In this document: positions 8,286 through 16,075 of the stretch, one piece after another
How positions within the stretch are numbered: the first letter of the stretch is position 1
How the letters are laid out: each line of letters starts with the position of its first letter
IMG/VR virus record: IMGVR_UViG_3300009873_000013
Location: 49,471 to 69,470 of that record
Reading direction: 5' to 3' (one strand)
Source: an uncultured virus (IMG/VR IMGVR_UViG_3300009873_000013)
Taxonomy: Duplodnaviria; Heunggongvirae; Uroviricota; Caudoviricetes
Length of the DNA stretch: 20,000 bases
Translations under genes and position numbers: made by a program
Notes under the pieces: generated by a model
What the model was told of the DNA's origin: nothing
Seen by the model: the letters and a program-made list of their open reading frames with translations, nothing else
Databases searched by the model: none

Positions 8286-8297
8286 TTTGCGTTTCTC

Positions 8298-8319
8298 TTC
8301 ACCACGATAGGAGTCTCAC
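8298..8319 (+). repeat. Bipartite RBS motif copy 3
   Basis: TTCACCA 8298-8304; GGAGTCTCAC 8310-8319; ATG 8321. Confidence 0.9.
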
Positions 8320-8320
8320 C

Positions 8321-8575
8321 ATGAAACTGCGCTGGCGGAAGGTGTTCGACGGCTGCTGGCATGGGTTTGCCGAAGGTAACCCGAATGCCGTGGCCGAAGT
8401 CGAACAGTTCCCCTACGGACGGAAGCTGTGGTCAGCGGAGATCTGCGGCTACGGGCGTCTGACGTGGGGCTCTTACGGTCTGTTCACGTTTCGGGAAGCG
8501 AAGGCACTCTGCGAGCGCAGGCTGCCGGAGTTCTATCCCGCTGTCACCACGAAGGAGTCTCACCCATGCGACTGA
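8321..8575 (+). CDS. Hypothetical phage protein (84 aa)
   Basis: MKLRWRKV...TFREAKALCERRL; motif RBS upstream. Confidence 0.75.
   Translation: MKLRWRKVFDGCWHGFAEGNPNAVAEVEQFPYGRKLWSAEICGYGRLTWGSYGLFTFREAKALCERRLPEFYPAVTTKESHPCD
8544..8563 (+). repeat. Bipartite RBS motif copy 4 (inside the 3' end of the upstream gene)
   Basis: TCACCA 8544-8549; GGAGTCTCAC 8554-8563; ATG 8566. Confidence 0.9.
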
Positions 8576-9252
8576 GCGAGAAGTACCGGCCCAAGACGCT
8601 GGAAAGTGTCGTGGGTCAACCGTGCGTCGTGCCGCTGCGGCGATTCGTCGAGCGGCCCTACGCCTGCTGTCTGTTGTTCGAGGGACCGCCAGGCTGCGGC
8701 AAGACCACGTCGGCCCTGGCACTGGCGGCCGAGTTGGGTTGCCTCGACGAACTGTCGGGGCTGCACGTGGTCACCAGCACCGAGCTGACGATCGACCGCT
8801 GTCGTGACCTGTTCGAGAGCACGTTGCGACTGAAACCCATGCTGGGCGACGGCTGGCGGGTGCTGGTCGTCGAGGAACTAGAGGCGCTGACCAGTGTGCA
8901 GGTGCAGCGGTTCCTCAAGGTGGCGCTCGAGCAGCGCTTGCCGGACCGATGCGTCGTGGTGGCCACGTCGAACGGCGCCGGGGCCATCCAGAAGGCCGAC
9001 AAGGCGCTGCTGCAGCGGTTTCGTATCTACCGCTTCGAGGCCGGCAAGATGTTCGCTGCTGCGGCCGAGGGCTACCTGGCCGACGTGTGGCAGCGTGAGA
9101 CCGGCCAGGATCGTTTGCCGGTCGGCTGGCGGACGTGGGGCACCGACGGCGACGGCGAGTTCTCGCTGCGAGTGGCGCTCGATCGGCTGCAATGCGAAGC
9201 CGAACTGTGCGACGTGCGAGAGCACGGTCCCGCGGCGAGGTGCGTGGCATGA
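8566..9252 (+). CDS. Clamp-loader-clade AAA+ ATPase (RFC small subunit/DnaX/RarA-like)
   Basis: N-terminal 'LSEKYRPKTLESVVGQ', Walker A GPPGCGKT, Walker B VLVVEE, sensor-1 ATSN, 'ALLQRF' Arg finger; 228 aa, lacks a collar domain. Confidence 0.85.
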   Translation: MRLSEKYRPKTLESVVGQPCVVPLRRFVERPYACCLLFEGPPGCGKTTSALALAAELGCLDELSGLHVVTSTELTIDRCRDLFESTLRLKPMLGDGWRVLVVEELEALTSVQVQRFLKVALEQRLPDRCVVVATSNGAGAIQKADKALLQRFRIYRFEAGKMFAAAAEGYLADVWQRETGQDRLPVGWRTWGTDGDGEFSLRVALDRLQCEAELCDVREHGPAARCVA

Positions 9253-9683
9253 TCCACACGAAGCTACCACGCACGACCGGTCGAAGGCCCACAGCCCGAC
9301 GCGTCGATGCTGCTGAGAAGCATCTGGCGCAAGAGCGTGATCGGTACGCGCTGTTCGCCGAAGAGGTCGCGGCAGAGCAGCCAACGGCGGTCGAGCGCGT
9401 GGAGGGCTTCGACGCCGGCTTCGAAGCATGGTGGCAGGAGCATCGCTTGAAACATGCCCAACTGTGGCGCAAGGCTCGAGCGTTGTTCCATGCCTTGCCT
9501 ACCGAGCAGCGTCGTGCCGCCGACTCGTACTGGCGACGCCGGGTCTACCCGCTGGATCCGATCTACCTGATCGCTCTTGTACGACGGATCGCCGACGGGA
9601 GCTTCGACGTCGTGAAAGAGGATGCCGAGATCGATCGACTACGCCGACTCGGCGAAGCCCACAGAAAGGGGATTGTGCCTTGA
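9249..9683 (+). CDS. Hypothetical protein (144 aa)
   Basis: ATGA overlap with the ATPase gene; MIHTKLPRTTG... Confidence 0.7.
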   Translation: MIHTKLPRTTGRRPTARRVDAAEKHLAQERDRYALFAEEVAAEQPTAVERVEGFDAGFEAWWQEHRLKHAQLWRKARALFHALPTEQRRAADSYWRRRVYPLDPIYLIALVRRIADGSFDVVKEDAEIDRLRRLGEAHRKGIVP

Positions 9684-9838
9684 GTGACGACACTTTCACG
9701 CTGAAGAACGATCCGCCGCGGCCGAAGCCGTGGCGTGCTGAAGATGAACCGTGCCGCCAGCGCGTGCTCCTCGAGGGGCTCGACTGCTGCGCCGGCCAAC
9801 TGAACCTATTCGAGGAGGAACCAAGTGATGGCTCGTAG
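9680..9838 (+). CDS. Small acidic protein with QLNLF putative beta-clamp-binding motif
   Basis: TTG start overlapping the previous stop (TTGA), AAAGGGG upstream; ...AGQLNLFEEE... Confidence 0.55.
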   Translation: MSDDTFTLKNDPPRPKPWRAEDEPCRQRVLLEGLDCCAGQLNLFEEEPSDGS

Positions 9839-10133
9839 GTCGAACGCGGATGTCTGGGCTGACTCCATGCTGCGTCAAATCAGGTCTCAGCTTTGGACTG
9901 TTTGCTCTGACACAAAGCCCAAATCCAAGAAGCTCGTGGAGCGGCTCGAACGCGCCTATACCCAGGCAAACTTCGATCCAGACATCGAGTGCCCGGAGGG
10001 CTCATGGTCGCTTGACCAGGCCGAAGTTCTCGACGCGATCAGGCGGCTGATCTGCAGTGAGCGTGACCTGCCGATCCTGACGCATGACGAAATCGAAGCC
10101 AAGTATCGACAGGAGGACCAACGCGATGAGTAA
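9828..10133 (+). CDS. Hypothetical protein (101 aa)
   Basis: GAGGAGG SD upstream of ATG 9828. Confidence 0.7.
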   Translation: MARRSNADVWADSMLRQIRSQLWTVCSDTKPKSKKLVERLERAYTQANFDPDIECPEGSWSLDQAEVLDAIRRLICSERDLPILTHDEIEAKYRQEDQRDE

Positions 10134-10521
10134 CCACACACCGGGACCGTGGCAGGTTCTCGACAGGGACCTCGGCGTAAATGGAGGGCGAGGGCTCTAC
10201 ATCGTCAGTGAGCGTGAAGTCACGCCGACGCTGGCCAAAATTCGAGACGTTGGCAGCGCGACCGAGGCGAATGCGCGGTTGTTCGCATGGGCGCCTGAAC
10301 TGCTGCAGGCGTGCGACTGGGCGGACACGGCGTTCGCCGTGCTGAACCTTGGCGGCGACGAGATCACGCCCCAGGCACGTGCAGAGATGCGTGATGCGTG
10401 GGCGCTGGTCAACCACGCCATGGCGAGGGCCAAGGGACGCGACGATCCGTTCGCCGAGGTCAACCCGGAAGTCTCGAAGGCCGCGATCGAGAAGGCCCGG
10501 CGCGAGATGTCGGGCGCCTGA
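10126..10521 (+). CDS. Phage 'HTPGPW' family hypothetical protein
   Basis: MSNHTPGPW ... EANARLFAWAPELLQAC, the common phage pattern 'HTPGPW...ANARLIAAAPELL'; AGGAGG SD. Confidence 0.8.
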   Translation: MSNHTPGPWQVLDRDLGVNGGRGLYIVSEREVTPTLAKIRDVGSATEANARLFAWAPELLQACDWADTAFAVLNLGGDEITPQARAEMRDAWALVNHAMARAKGRDDPFAEVNPEVSKAAIEKARREMSGA

Positions 10522-10543
10522 GTCACAACCGAGGGGCAACCTA

Positions 10544-10564
10544 TTCACCACAAGGAGTCTCACG
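10544..10564 (+). repeat. Bipartite RBS motif copy 5
   Basis: TTCACCA 10544-10550; GGAGTCTCACG 10554-10564; ATG 10565. Confidence 0.9.
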
Positions 10565-11128
10565 ATGGCGAAACAGAAGTCACTCTATCACCGGCCCGTG
10601 CCGGCCATCCTGGTCCGCGTCGAGAAGCCGAACCGCATGTACGGCGGCTGCGATTGCTTCCACGTCTACGGCCGCTTCGTGATCTACGACTCGTCGAAAC
10701 GCGAGGACGTCACGTTCGTCCACAAGTACGGCGACAAGTGGCCGCCCAAGGAAGACCTCGACCTGGAAGATCTCTTCGTCTGGTCGCAGGGGGATACGGA
10801 TGCCGAGCCCGATCGGACCCGGCTCTATGGCTGGGAGCTCCGCTACAAGCGCTACTCCTGCACGCTCTCGGACGTCGAGCGGATGCACAGCACGCTCAAG
10901 TTCCTCGATCGCGGCCTCGATCGCGAGATTGCGCGGACTGGTCATCCGCAGACGTTCGGCGCCTGGATGTGTTACGTGGCCCTGGCGTCGAAGGCCGAAG
11001 GGTTCGTGTTCGAAGGGGAGCACGGCTACTCGATCCTGACGCCCGGCGAGTCGATCCGCCGCATCGACAACCTGACCTACGAGCAGTTCCGTTGCAACCA
11101 GCGTAAGGCCGAAGAAGCGGCCGCTTAA
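10565..11128 (+). CDS. Hypothetical protein (187 aa)
   Basis: ATG 10565 after the motif RBS; in frame with ORF 10349..11128. Confidence 0.8.
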   Translation: MAKQKSLYHRPVPAILVRVEKPNRMYGGCDCFHVYGRFVIYDSSKREDVTFVHKYGDKWPPKEDLDLEDLFVWSQGDTDAEPDRTRLYGWELRYKRYSCTLSDVERMHSTLKFLDRGLDREIARTGHPQTFGAWMCYVALASKAEGFVFEGEHGYSILTPGESIRRIDNLTYEQFRCNQRKAEEAAA

Positions 11129-11140
11129 CGTCCACACGTA

Positions 11141-11187
11141 GCCCGCGAAGCGCGTCACCGGGATTCGCCTCCCGGCGCGGGCCTTTT
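11141..11187 (+). terminator. Intrinsic terminator-like branched hairpin
   Basis: GCCCGCG 11141-11147 pairs with CGCGGGC 11176-11182; CCGGGA/TCCCGG inner stem; TTTT 11184-11187. Confidence 0.55.
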
Positions 11188-11190
11188 CCG

Positions 11191-11218
11191 TTGCATCGGG
11201 CGACGGTGTCGCTATAAC
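11191..11218 (+). promoter_or_regulatory. sigma70-like promoter for the methyltransferase-helicase module
   Basis: TTGCAT (11191-11196), 16 nt spacer, TATAAC (11213-11218). Confidence 0.5.
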
Positions 11219-11242
11219 TCGACAACTAAGGAGCTATCTCGC

Positions 11243-12250
11243 ATGCGCCACGCAGGACGCATGAAGGGCGGGTTCTACCCCGCGCCTTCGGACGCCGTTG
11301 CGCTCGCACTGCGCCATCTACGGCCGCCGAGCGAGCCAGACGCCCCCTTTGCCATCCTCGACCCGTGCGCCGGCGAGGGCGAGGCGATCGGCCAGTTGGC
11401 CGATGGTCTCGGCTGCCGGCCTGACTTGGTCCACGCGATCGAGCTCGAGTCGAGTCGAGCGGAGAAGTGCCGCCAGCGCTTGCCCGAAGCGCAGCTTCTC
11501 GCGCCGGCCAGTTACTTCGGTTGTCGCATTCGCAGTTGGTCCTTCTCGCTCGTGTGGTGCAATCCACCCTTCGACGACGAGATCGGCGGCGGCGAACGCG
11601 TCGAGGGTCAGTTCTTGGGTTCGGCCCTGGCGCTCCTGGCGCCCAAGGGCATCCTCTGTCTGGTCTGCCCTGAGCGGGTCTGGCGCGACGGCGCGATCCG
11701 CCGCGTGCTCTTGACCTGGTTCGACGACGTCTCGTGCGTCGAGTTCCCCGCGGACTGCCGGCGGTTCGGCGAGGTGATCGTATTCGGCATCAAGCGCCGT
11801 GAGATGACCAACCCGGACAAGCGGACTTGGGGCGACCTGGTCACTGGTCGGACGGAGTACACGCTGCCGAAGAGCAACGGGCCGCGTGGTCTGTGGCGGA
11901 AGATCGAGCTCACTCCCGAAGAGCTCGACACAGCGTTCGCTCAGTCACCGCTGCGACGGATGCTCGAGCCACCACCCGAGCGACCTCTACCGCGTCCGCC
12001 GATGGCGTTGGGCAAGGGACACCTGGCGTTGCTCCTGGCCTCGGGGCACCTCGACGGGCTGGTCTGCCCGCCGGGCGAACCACCGCACGTCGTCCGCGGC
12101 ACGGCCAAGAAGGTCGAAGAGGTGACCGACGTCGAAGAGGACGAGAGCAAGGGGACGCGGACCACCAAGACCACCTACACCGAGCGGATCACGTTGACCG
12201 TTCGGGCCGTCGGCGCCGATGGCGTGATCCACACGTTTGCTCAGGAGTAA
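11243..12250 (+). CDS. DUF6094-like class I SAM-dependent (N6-adenine-type) DNA methyltransferase
   Basis: 'GFYPAP', motif I 'LDPCAGEG', motif IV 'NPPF', C-terminal 'PPMALGKGHLALLLASGHLDGLV' typical of this family; AAGGAG SD. Confidence 0.85.
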   Translation: MRHAGRMKGGFYPAPSDAVALALRHLRPPSEPDAPFAILDPCAGEGEAIGQLADGLGCRPDLVHAIELESSRAEKCRQRLPEAQLLAPASYFGCRIRSWSFSLVWCNPPFDDEIGGGERVEGQFLGSALALLAPKGILCLVCPERVWRDGAIRRVLLTWFDDVSCVEFPADCRRFGEVIVFGIKRREMTNPDKRTWGDLVTGRTEYTLPKSNGPRGLWRKIELTPEELDTAFAQSPLRRMLEPPPERPLPRPPMALGKGHLALLLASGHLDGLVCPPGEPPHVVRGTAKKVEEVTDVEEDESKGTRTTKTTYTERITLTVRAVGADGVIHTFAQE

Positions 12251-12254
12251 CCCC

Positions 12255-12815
12255 ATGATCGACGGACCACGAGCAGTCGTCACGATCGGCGAGCAGTGTT
12301 ACACGCTGCACCTGGACGCCGTGGCGATCCAGGACACATCGCAATACAGCCAGCCGATCCAGATTCTCTCGGTCGCCGGCCCAGCCACCAGCGTCAAGGC
12401 AGTGACGGCCGGCTTCCAGACCAACCGCGCTGGCGTGTCGCAGGTGACGTTTCACGACGTCGAGGGACGCAAGCCGTTCCGCGGACACCGCGGCTACGAG
12501 CCCTACAACTGCTACAAGCACCGCCTGGGCCTCGACACGTGGCATCTGGTGGTCATCAGCACCGACCAGAACCTGCTGCTGACCGTCAGCGACGAGGCGA
12601 TCTGGCGGCACCTCACGAGCGATCGCTACACGACGCCGCTCTTACGGACCTGGATGCCGTGGCTGGTATCCGAGCTCCGCGAGAAGGGGCACGTGCGAGA
12701 GCACCAGTGCGTCAACTGCCAGACAGCGCACCTCTACCTCACTGAAGGCAAGCTCGACGAGATCGTGTCGTTGGGCATCAACCGCGGCGAGCTGCGCATG
12801 GAAGCCGCCGCCTAA
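12255..12815 (+). CDS. Hypothetical protein of the methyltransferase-helicase module
   Basis: AGGAG SD; contains 'TTPLLRTW'; located between the DUF6094-like gene and the helicase. Confidence 0.75.
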   Translation: MIDGPRAVVTIGEQCYTLHLDAVAIQDTSQYSQPIQILSVAGPATSVKAVTAGFQTNRAGVSQVTFHDVEGRKPFRGHRGYEPYNCYKHRLGLDTWHLVVISTDQNLLLTVSDEAIWRHLTSDRYTTPLLRTWMPWLVSELREKGHVREHQCVNCQTAHLYLTEGKLDEIVSLGINRGELRMEAAA

Positions 12816-12834
12816 CTACCGAAGGGTCAAACGC

Positions 12835-13497
12835 ATGAAGAAACGCTTTCGAGCGGTCGACCTGTTCTGTGGTGCCGGTGGCACCACGACCGGGGCGATC
12901 CAGTCTGGCCACGTTGAGGTTGTGGCCGCGATCAATCACTGGCGCGTGGCCTGCCTCAACCACGGGCCAGGTCATGTCGTCGTGCCCTGGATCTACCAGA
13001 TCATGGGCCGCGGCGCCGGTCGTCACATTCCGCCAGAGCAACCACTGCCGACGATCATCGCGCAACGCAACTGTTTCGGAGTCGTGGCGCCGTTCTTGAT
13101 CGATGTTCACAACAGGCGTCGCGACGATACGACGACCAGCGTCGACGATCCGATGCCGACGATCGTGACGAAGCCTGGCAACTCAGTCTGCCTGCCGTTC
13201 ATCACGAAGTACAACTCGAACGGCGGCGCTGAGTCGGTCGAACAGCCACTCTCGACGGTGACCACGAAGCACCGCCACGGCCTGGCGATCGTGCACCTGA
13301 TCGAGACCATGAACGAACTGGGGATCGCCGACATCGGCTTCCGCATGCTCGACGTCGATGAGCTCGCGGCCGCCCAAGGTTTCCCTGTCGGCTACGACTT
13401 GCACGGCAGCAAGGCTGAGCAAATCAAGCAAGTCGGCAACAGTGTCCACACGGCCGTCGCTCGTGCGCTCTGTGAAGCGATCGCGACCGCGGACTGA
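12835..13497 (+). CDS. C5 cytosine methyltransferase homolog lacking the catalytic core (in-frame internal deletion; possibly a pseudogene)
   Basis: Motif I DLFCGAGG, motif IX RMLDVDELAAAQGFP and motif X QIKQVGNSV are present; no catalytic (S)PxC/PC and no ENV motif; three 'xPL/MxTI/V' repeats. Confidence 0.8.
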   Translation: MKKRFRAVDLFCGAGGTTTGAIQSGHVEVVAAINHWRVACLNHGPGHVVVPWIYQIMGRGAGRHIPPEQPLPTIIAQRNCFGVVAPFLIDVHNRRRDDTTTSVDDPMPTIVTKPGNSVCLPFITKYNSNGGAESVEQPLSTVTTKHRHGLAIVHLIETMNELGIADIGFRMLDVDELAAAQGFPVGYDLHGSKAEQIKQVGNSVHTAVARALCEAIATAD

Positions 13498-13509
13498 AAG
13501 GAGACCACC

Positions 13510-13761
13510 ATGCCCAAGACTGAGTGCCGCCATTGCGTCGAGTGCGAAGGGATGTCACACCACTGGATCGACAACCCCGACTTCGGCAACGACGAAGCGC
13601 CGGAAGAGTCGCGCAAGTGGCCGGTCGTCTGCAAACACTGCGAGACGTTCGGTGACGAGTGCTGGGAGTGCCACGGCACAGGAACGGAATACGAGAGCAG
13701 CTTACACGACGACGAAGTCGAAGAGTGCCCAACCTGCGGAGGAGAAGGTTACATCCAGTGA
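13510..13761 (+). CDS. Small Cys-rich Zn-finger protein (DnaJ-like CxxCxGxG repeats)
   Basis: CVECEG, CKHC, CWECHGTG, CPTCGGEG; AAGGAG SD. Confidence 0.75.
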   Translation: MPKTECRHCVECEGMSHHWIDNPDFGNDEAPEESRKWPVVCKHCETFGDECWECHGTGTEYESSLHDDEVEECPTCGGEGYIQ

Positions 13762-13778
13762 CCGACCGATCAATCGTT

Positions 13779-13796
13779 TTCACCACACGGAGTCTC
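13779..13796 (+). repeat. Bipartite RBS motif copy 6
   Basis: TTCACCA 13779-13785; GGAGTCTC 13789-13796; ATG 13799. Confidence 0.85.
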
Positions 13797-13798
13797 TG

Positions 13799-15943
13799 AT
13801 GCTCGAAGAAATCACCAACCTGGAGGGCTACATGGCCCGCTACGGCACGCTCCTCGGCGAGCAAGCCCAAGCGGCCGTGCATCCCTTACACGTGCCGGGG
13901 AAACATCCGCCGGCGGGCGTCATCAGTCTGCGCGAGCCGTTTGAAGCGCAGGCCCACGTCATCGCCGCGTCCACCAAAGGCCTCGGCGAGCACAAGTCGC
14001 TCACGATCTGCGGAGAGTGCGGCGTGGGCAAGACGCTCTGCGGCATGCTCACCGTCGACAACCACGCCGGCGTGAAGCCCTACCGAGCGCTCGTGTTCTG
14101 CCCGCCCCACCTGGTCGGCAAGTGGAAGCGCGAACTCGAAGAGACGATCCCCGCCTGTCAGGCCACGATCATCGACGACTATCGCCAGGTCACCCGACAC
14201 AACTGGCGGCAGAAGCCGACCCTGCCCGAATGGTGGATCGTCTCGAACAACCGGGCCAAGCTCGGCGCCAAGTGGCGTTCCTCTTACACGACGCGTCCCA
14301 CGCCGCCTGGCGTGGCCTTCTGCACCCACTGCGATCACCCGGTCTTGAAGAAGGACAGCGAGACCCAACAGCTCGTGCCCATGCCGCTCGAGGAGCTCGA
14401 CAAGAAGCGGCTCTTCTGCGAGGAGTGCGGCAGTGCCCTGTGGACTTACACCCACGATCTCGATCGCTGGCCCGTGGCCACCTACATCCACAAGCACCTC
14501 AAGGGCGTGTTCCGCTACCTGATCGTCGACGAATGCCACGAAGAGAAGGGCGAGGACACCGCTCAGGCCAACGCGATGGGCTCGCTGGCCTCGGCCTGTC
14601 GCTACGTGATCGCCATGACCGGCACGCTGATCGGCGGCTACGCCGACCATTTGCGGACGCTCCGGTTTCGCCTCTCGCCGACGTCGCTGGTCGAGGAGGG
14701 CTTCGGCTGGTCCGACCGGATGCCGTTCAACGAGCGCTACGGCCGCATCGAACGCAAGGTGACCACGAAGGAGGACCTGGGCAGCGGCAAGACCAACCGC
14801 CAAAGCCGCGGGTCGAGCCAGCGGACGGTGAAGTACGTCCGCCCGGGCATCGTGCCCACGTTCTTCGGTCGTCACCTGATGGGCAACACGGTCTTCCTGG
14901 GCCTCGAGGAAGTGGCCGACAACCTGCCGTCGCTGACCGAAGAGGTCGTGCCGGTCGCCATGGACTCGGAGCAACGGTCCGAGTATCGGCGGATCGAGGA
15001 GCTGCTGACCGCGGCGCTCAAGCAAATGGTCGCCAAAGGGGACAAGCGGCTCCTGGGCGCCATGCTGCAGACGCTCCTGTGCTACTGCGACAAGCCGTAC
15101 GGCTGGGGCGAGATCGGCTACTACGAAAACAGCGACGACAGCGACGCTCGTGTGTGGGTCCCCGTCGTCGAACCAGCCAATCTCGACGCCGATCTGCTGC
15201 GGCCCAAGGAGGCCGAGCTCGTGCGGCTCATCTCGGCCGAGAAGCGGGAGAACCGCCAGACCTGGCTCTTCACGACGATGACCGACAAGCGCGACGTGAC
15301 CGAGCGGATGCAAGTCCTGCTCGAGCAAGCCGGCATCAGCTCGACGATCTTGCGGGCCAACGTCGAGACGAAGAAGCGCGAGGACTGGATCGCCAAGCAC
15401 GGCCCCGAGCACGACTGCATCATCAGCCATCCGCAGTTGATCCAGACCGGCATCGATCTGTTCGACAAGAAGGGCAACTACAACTTCCCGACGATTGTCT
15501 GGTATCTGACCGGCTACAACCTCTTCACCTTGCGGCAGGCCAGCCGGCGAGCCTGGCGGATCGGCCAGCAGCAGCCGTGCAAGGTGCTCTACCTCTACTA
15601 CGAAGAGACCATGCAGGCCCGGGCCATGACGCTGATGGGCACGAAGCTCACGGCGGCCGAGGCGATCGAGGGCAAGTTCTCGGCCGAAGGACTGGCGGCC
15701 ATGGCCGGCACCGAGGGCTCGATGGAAATGGCCCTGGCCCGCTCGCTCGTGAATCAGCTCGACGACTTGGACGCGTCGCGCTGCTGGAAGAAGGTCGGCG
15801 CCAAGGCCTCGCCGGCCCCAGCCATGCCCCAGGCACGCCCCGAGCCGTCGCTCGTGCGGCGTCCGCTGCGGCCCAAGAAGCAGGCCCCGCCCAAACCAGT
15901 GTTCCAGCAAATGTCCCTGTTCGATGACTTGGCGGTCGCGTGA
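13799..15943 (+). CDS. SF2 (SNF2/DEAD-like) helicase with Zn-ribbon insertion (714 aa)
   Basis: Walker A GECGVGKT, DECH, motif III MTGT, 'TGIDL', motif VI QASRRAWRIGQ; CTHC...CEEC insertion; start ATG 13799 at the motif RBS. Confidence 0.9.
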   Translation: MLEEITNLEGYMARYGTLLGEQAQAAVHPLHVPGKHPPAGVISLREPFEAQAHVIAASTKGLGEHKSLTICGECGVGKTLCGMLTVDNHAGVKPYRALVFCPPHLVGKWKRELEETIPACQATIIDDYRQVTRHNWRQKPTLPEWWIVSNNRAKLGAKWRSSYTTRPTPPGVAFCTHCDHPVLKKDSETQQLVPMPLEELDKKRLFCEECGSALWTYTHDLDRWPVATYIHKHLKGVFRYLIVDECHEEKGEDTAQANAMGSLASACRYVIAMTGTLIGGYADHLRTLRFRLSPTSLVEEGFGWSDRMPFNERYGRIERKVTTKEDLGSGKTNRQSRGSSQRTVKYVRPGIVPTFFGRHLMGNTVFLGLEEVADNLPSLTEEVVPVAMDSEQRSEYRRIEELLTAALKQMVAKGDKRLLGAMLQTLLCYCDKPYGWGEIGYYENSDDSDARVWVPVVEPANLDADLLRPKEAELVRLISAEKRENRQTWLFTTMTDKRDVTERMQVLLEQAGISSTILRANVETKKREDWIAKHGPEHDCIISHPQLIQTGIDLFDKKGNYNFPTIVWYLTGYNLFTLRQASRRAWRIGQQQPCKVLYLYYEETMQARAMTLMGTKLTAAEAIEGKFSAEGLAAMAGTEGSMEMALARSLVNQLDDLDASRCWKKVGAKASPAPAMPQARPEPSLVRRPLRPKKQAPPKPVFQQMSLFDDLAVA

Positions 15944-15949
15944 GCGGCC

Positions 15950-15955
15950 TATAAT
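15950..15955 (+). promoter_or_regulatory. -10 box of the sRNA/recombinase promoter
   Basis: Perfect TATAAT 7 nt before the first base of the RNA stem; -35 box not clear. Confidence 0.6.
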
Positions 15956-15962
15956 CAGTTGC

Positions 15963-16054
15963 GAGCGGCCAGCCGGCTAGCGTTGGTGAAGCGCGAATAG
16001 CCCGGGGTGTGACGTGAGACTCCACCTCGGGACTCGCCGGCTGGCCGCTCTTTT
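15963..16054 (+). ncRNA. Candidate c4/CI-like antisense small RNA (three-way junction, two guide arms)
   Basis: Perfect 15-bp closing stem (15963-15977 with 16036-16050) followed by TTTT; arm 1 carries TGGTGAA (15984-15990); arm 2 (CCCGGGGTG/CACCTCGGG) carries GTGAGACTCC (16014-16023); both are complementary to the 7-copy RBS motif. Confidence 0.8.
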
Positions 16055-16073
16055 CACCACACGAGGAGTCTCA
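16053..16073 (+). repeat. Bipartite RBS motif copy 7 (cis target directly after the sRNA)
   Basis: TTCACCA 16053-16059; GGAGTCTCA 16065-16073; ATG 16076. Confidence 0.9.
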
Positions 16074-16075
16074 AG

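Noticed and set aside
13358..13798. N-terminal extension of the helicase ORF in the track (861 aa)
   Set aside because: It overlaps two better genes and is S/T/R-rich noise; ATG 13799 has the motif RBS.
13886..15927. ORFs 13886..15910 (-) and 14017..15927 (+)
   Set aside because: Shadow frames of the helicase, which holds all the conserved motifs.
15963..16059. tRNA interpretation of the structured RNA (it is followed by ...CACCA)
   Set aside because: Only two internal arms, a 15-bp closing stem and no TTC T-loop; the CCA belongs to the downstream target motif.
5773..16073. CRISPR array or integron attC interpretation of the repeated motif
   Set aside because: Copies are short, irregularly spaced by whole genes, non-palindromic and at 5' ends; no cas genes or tyrosine integron integrase in the window.
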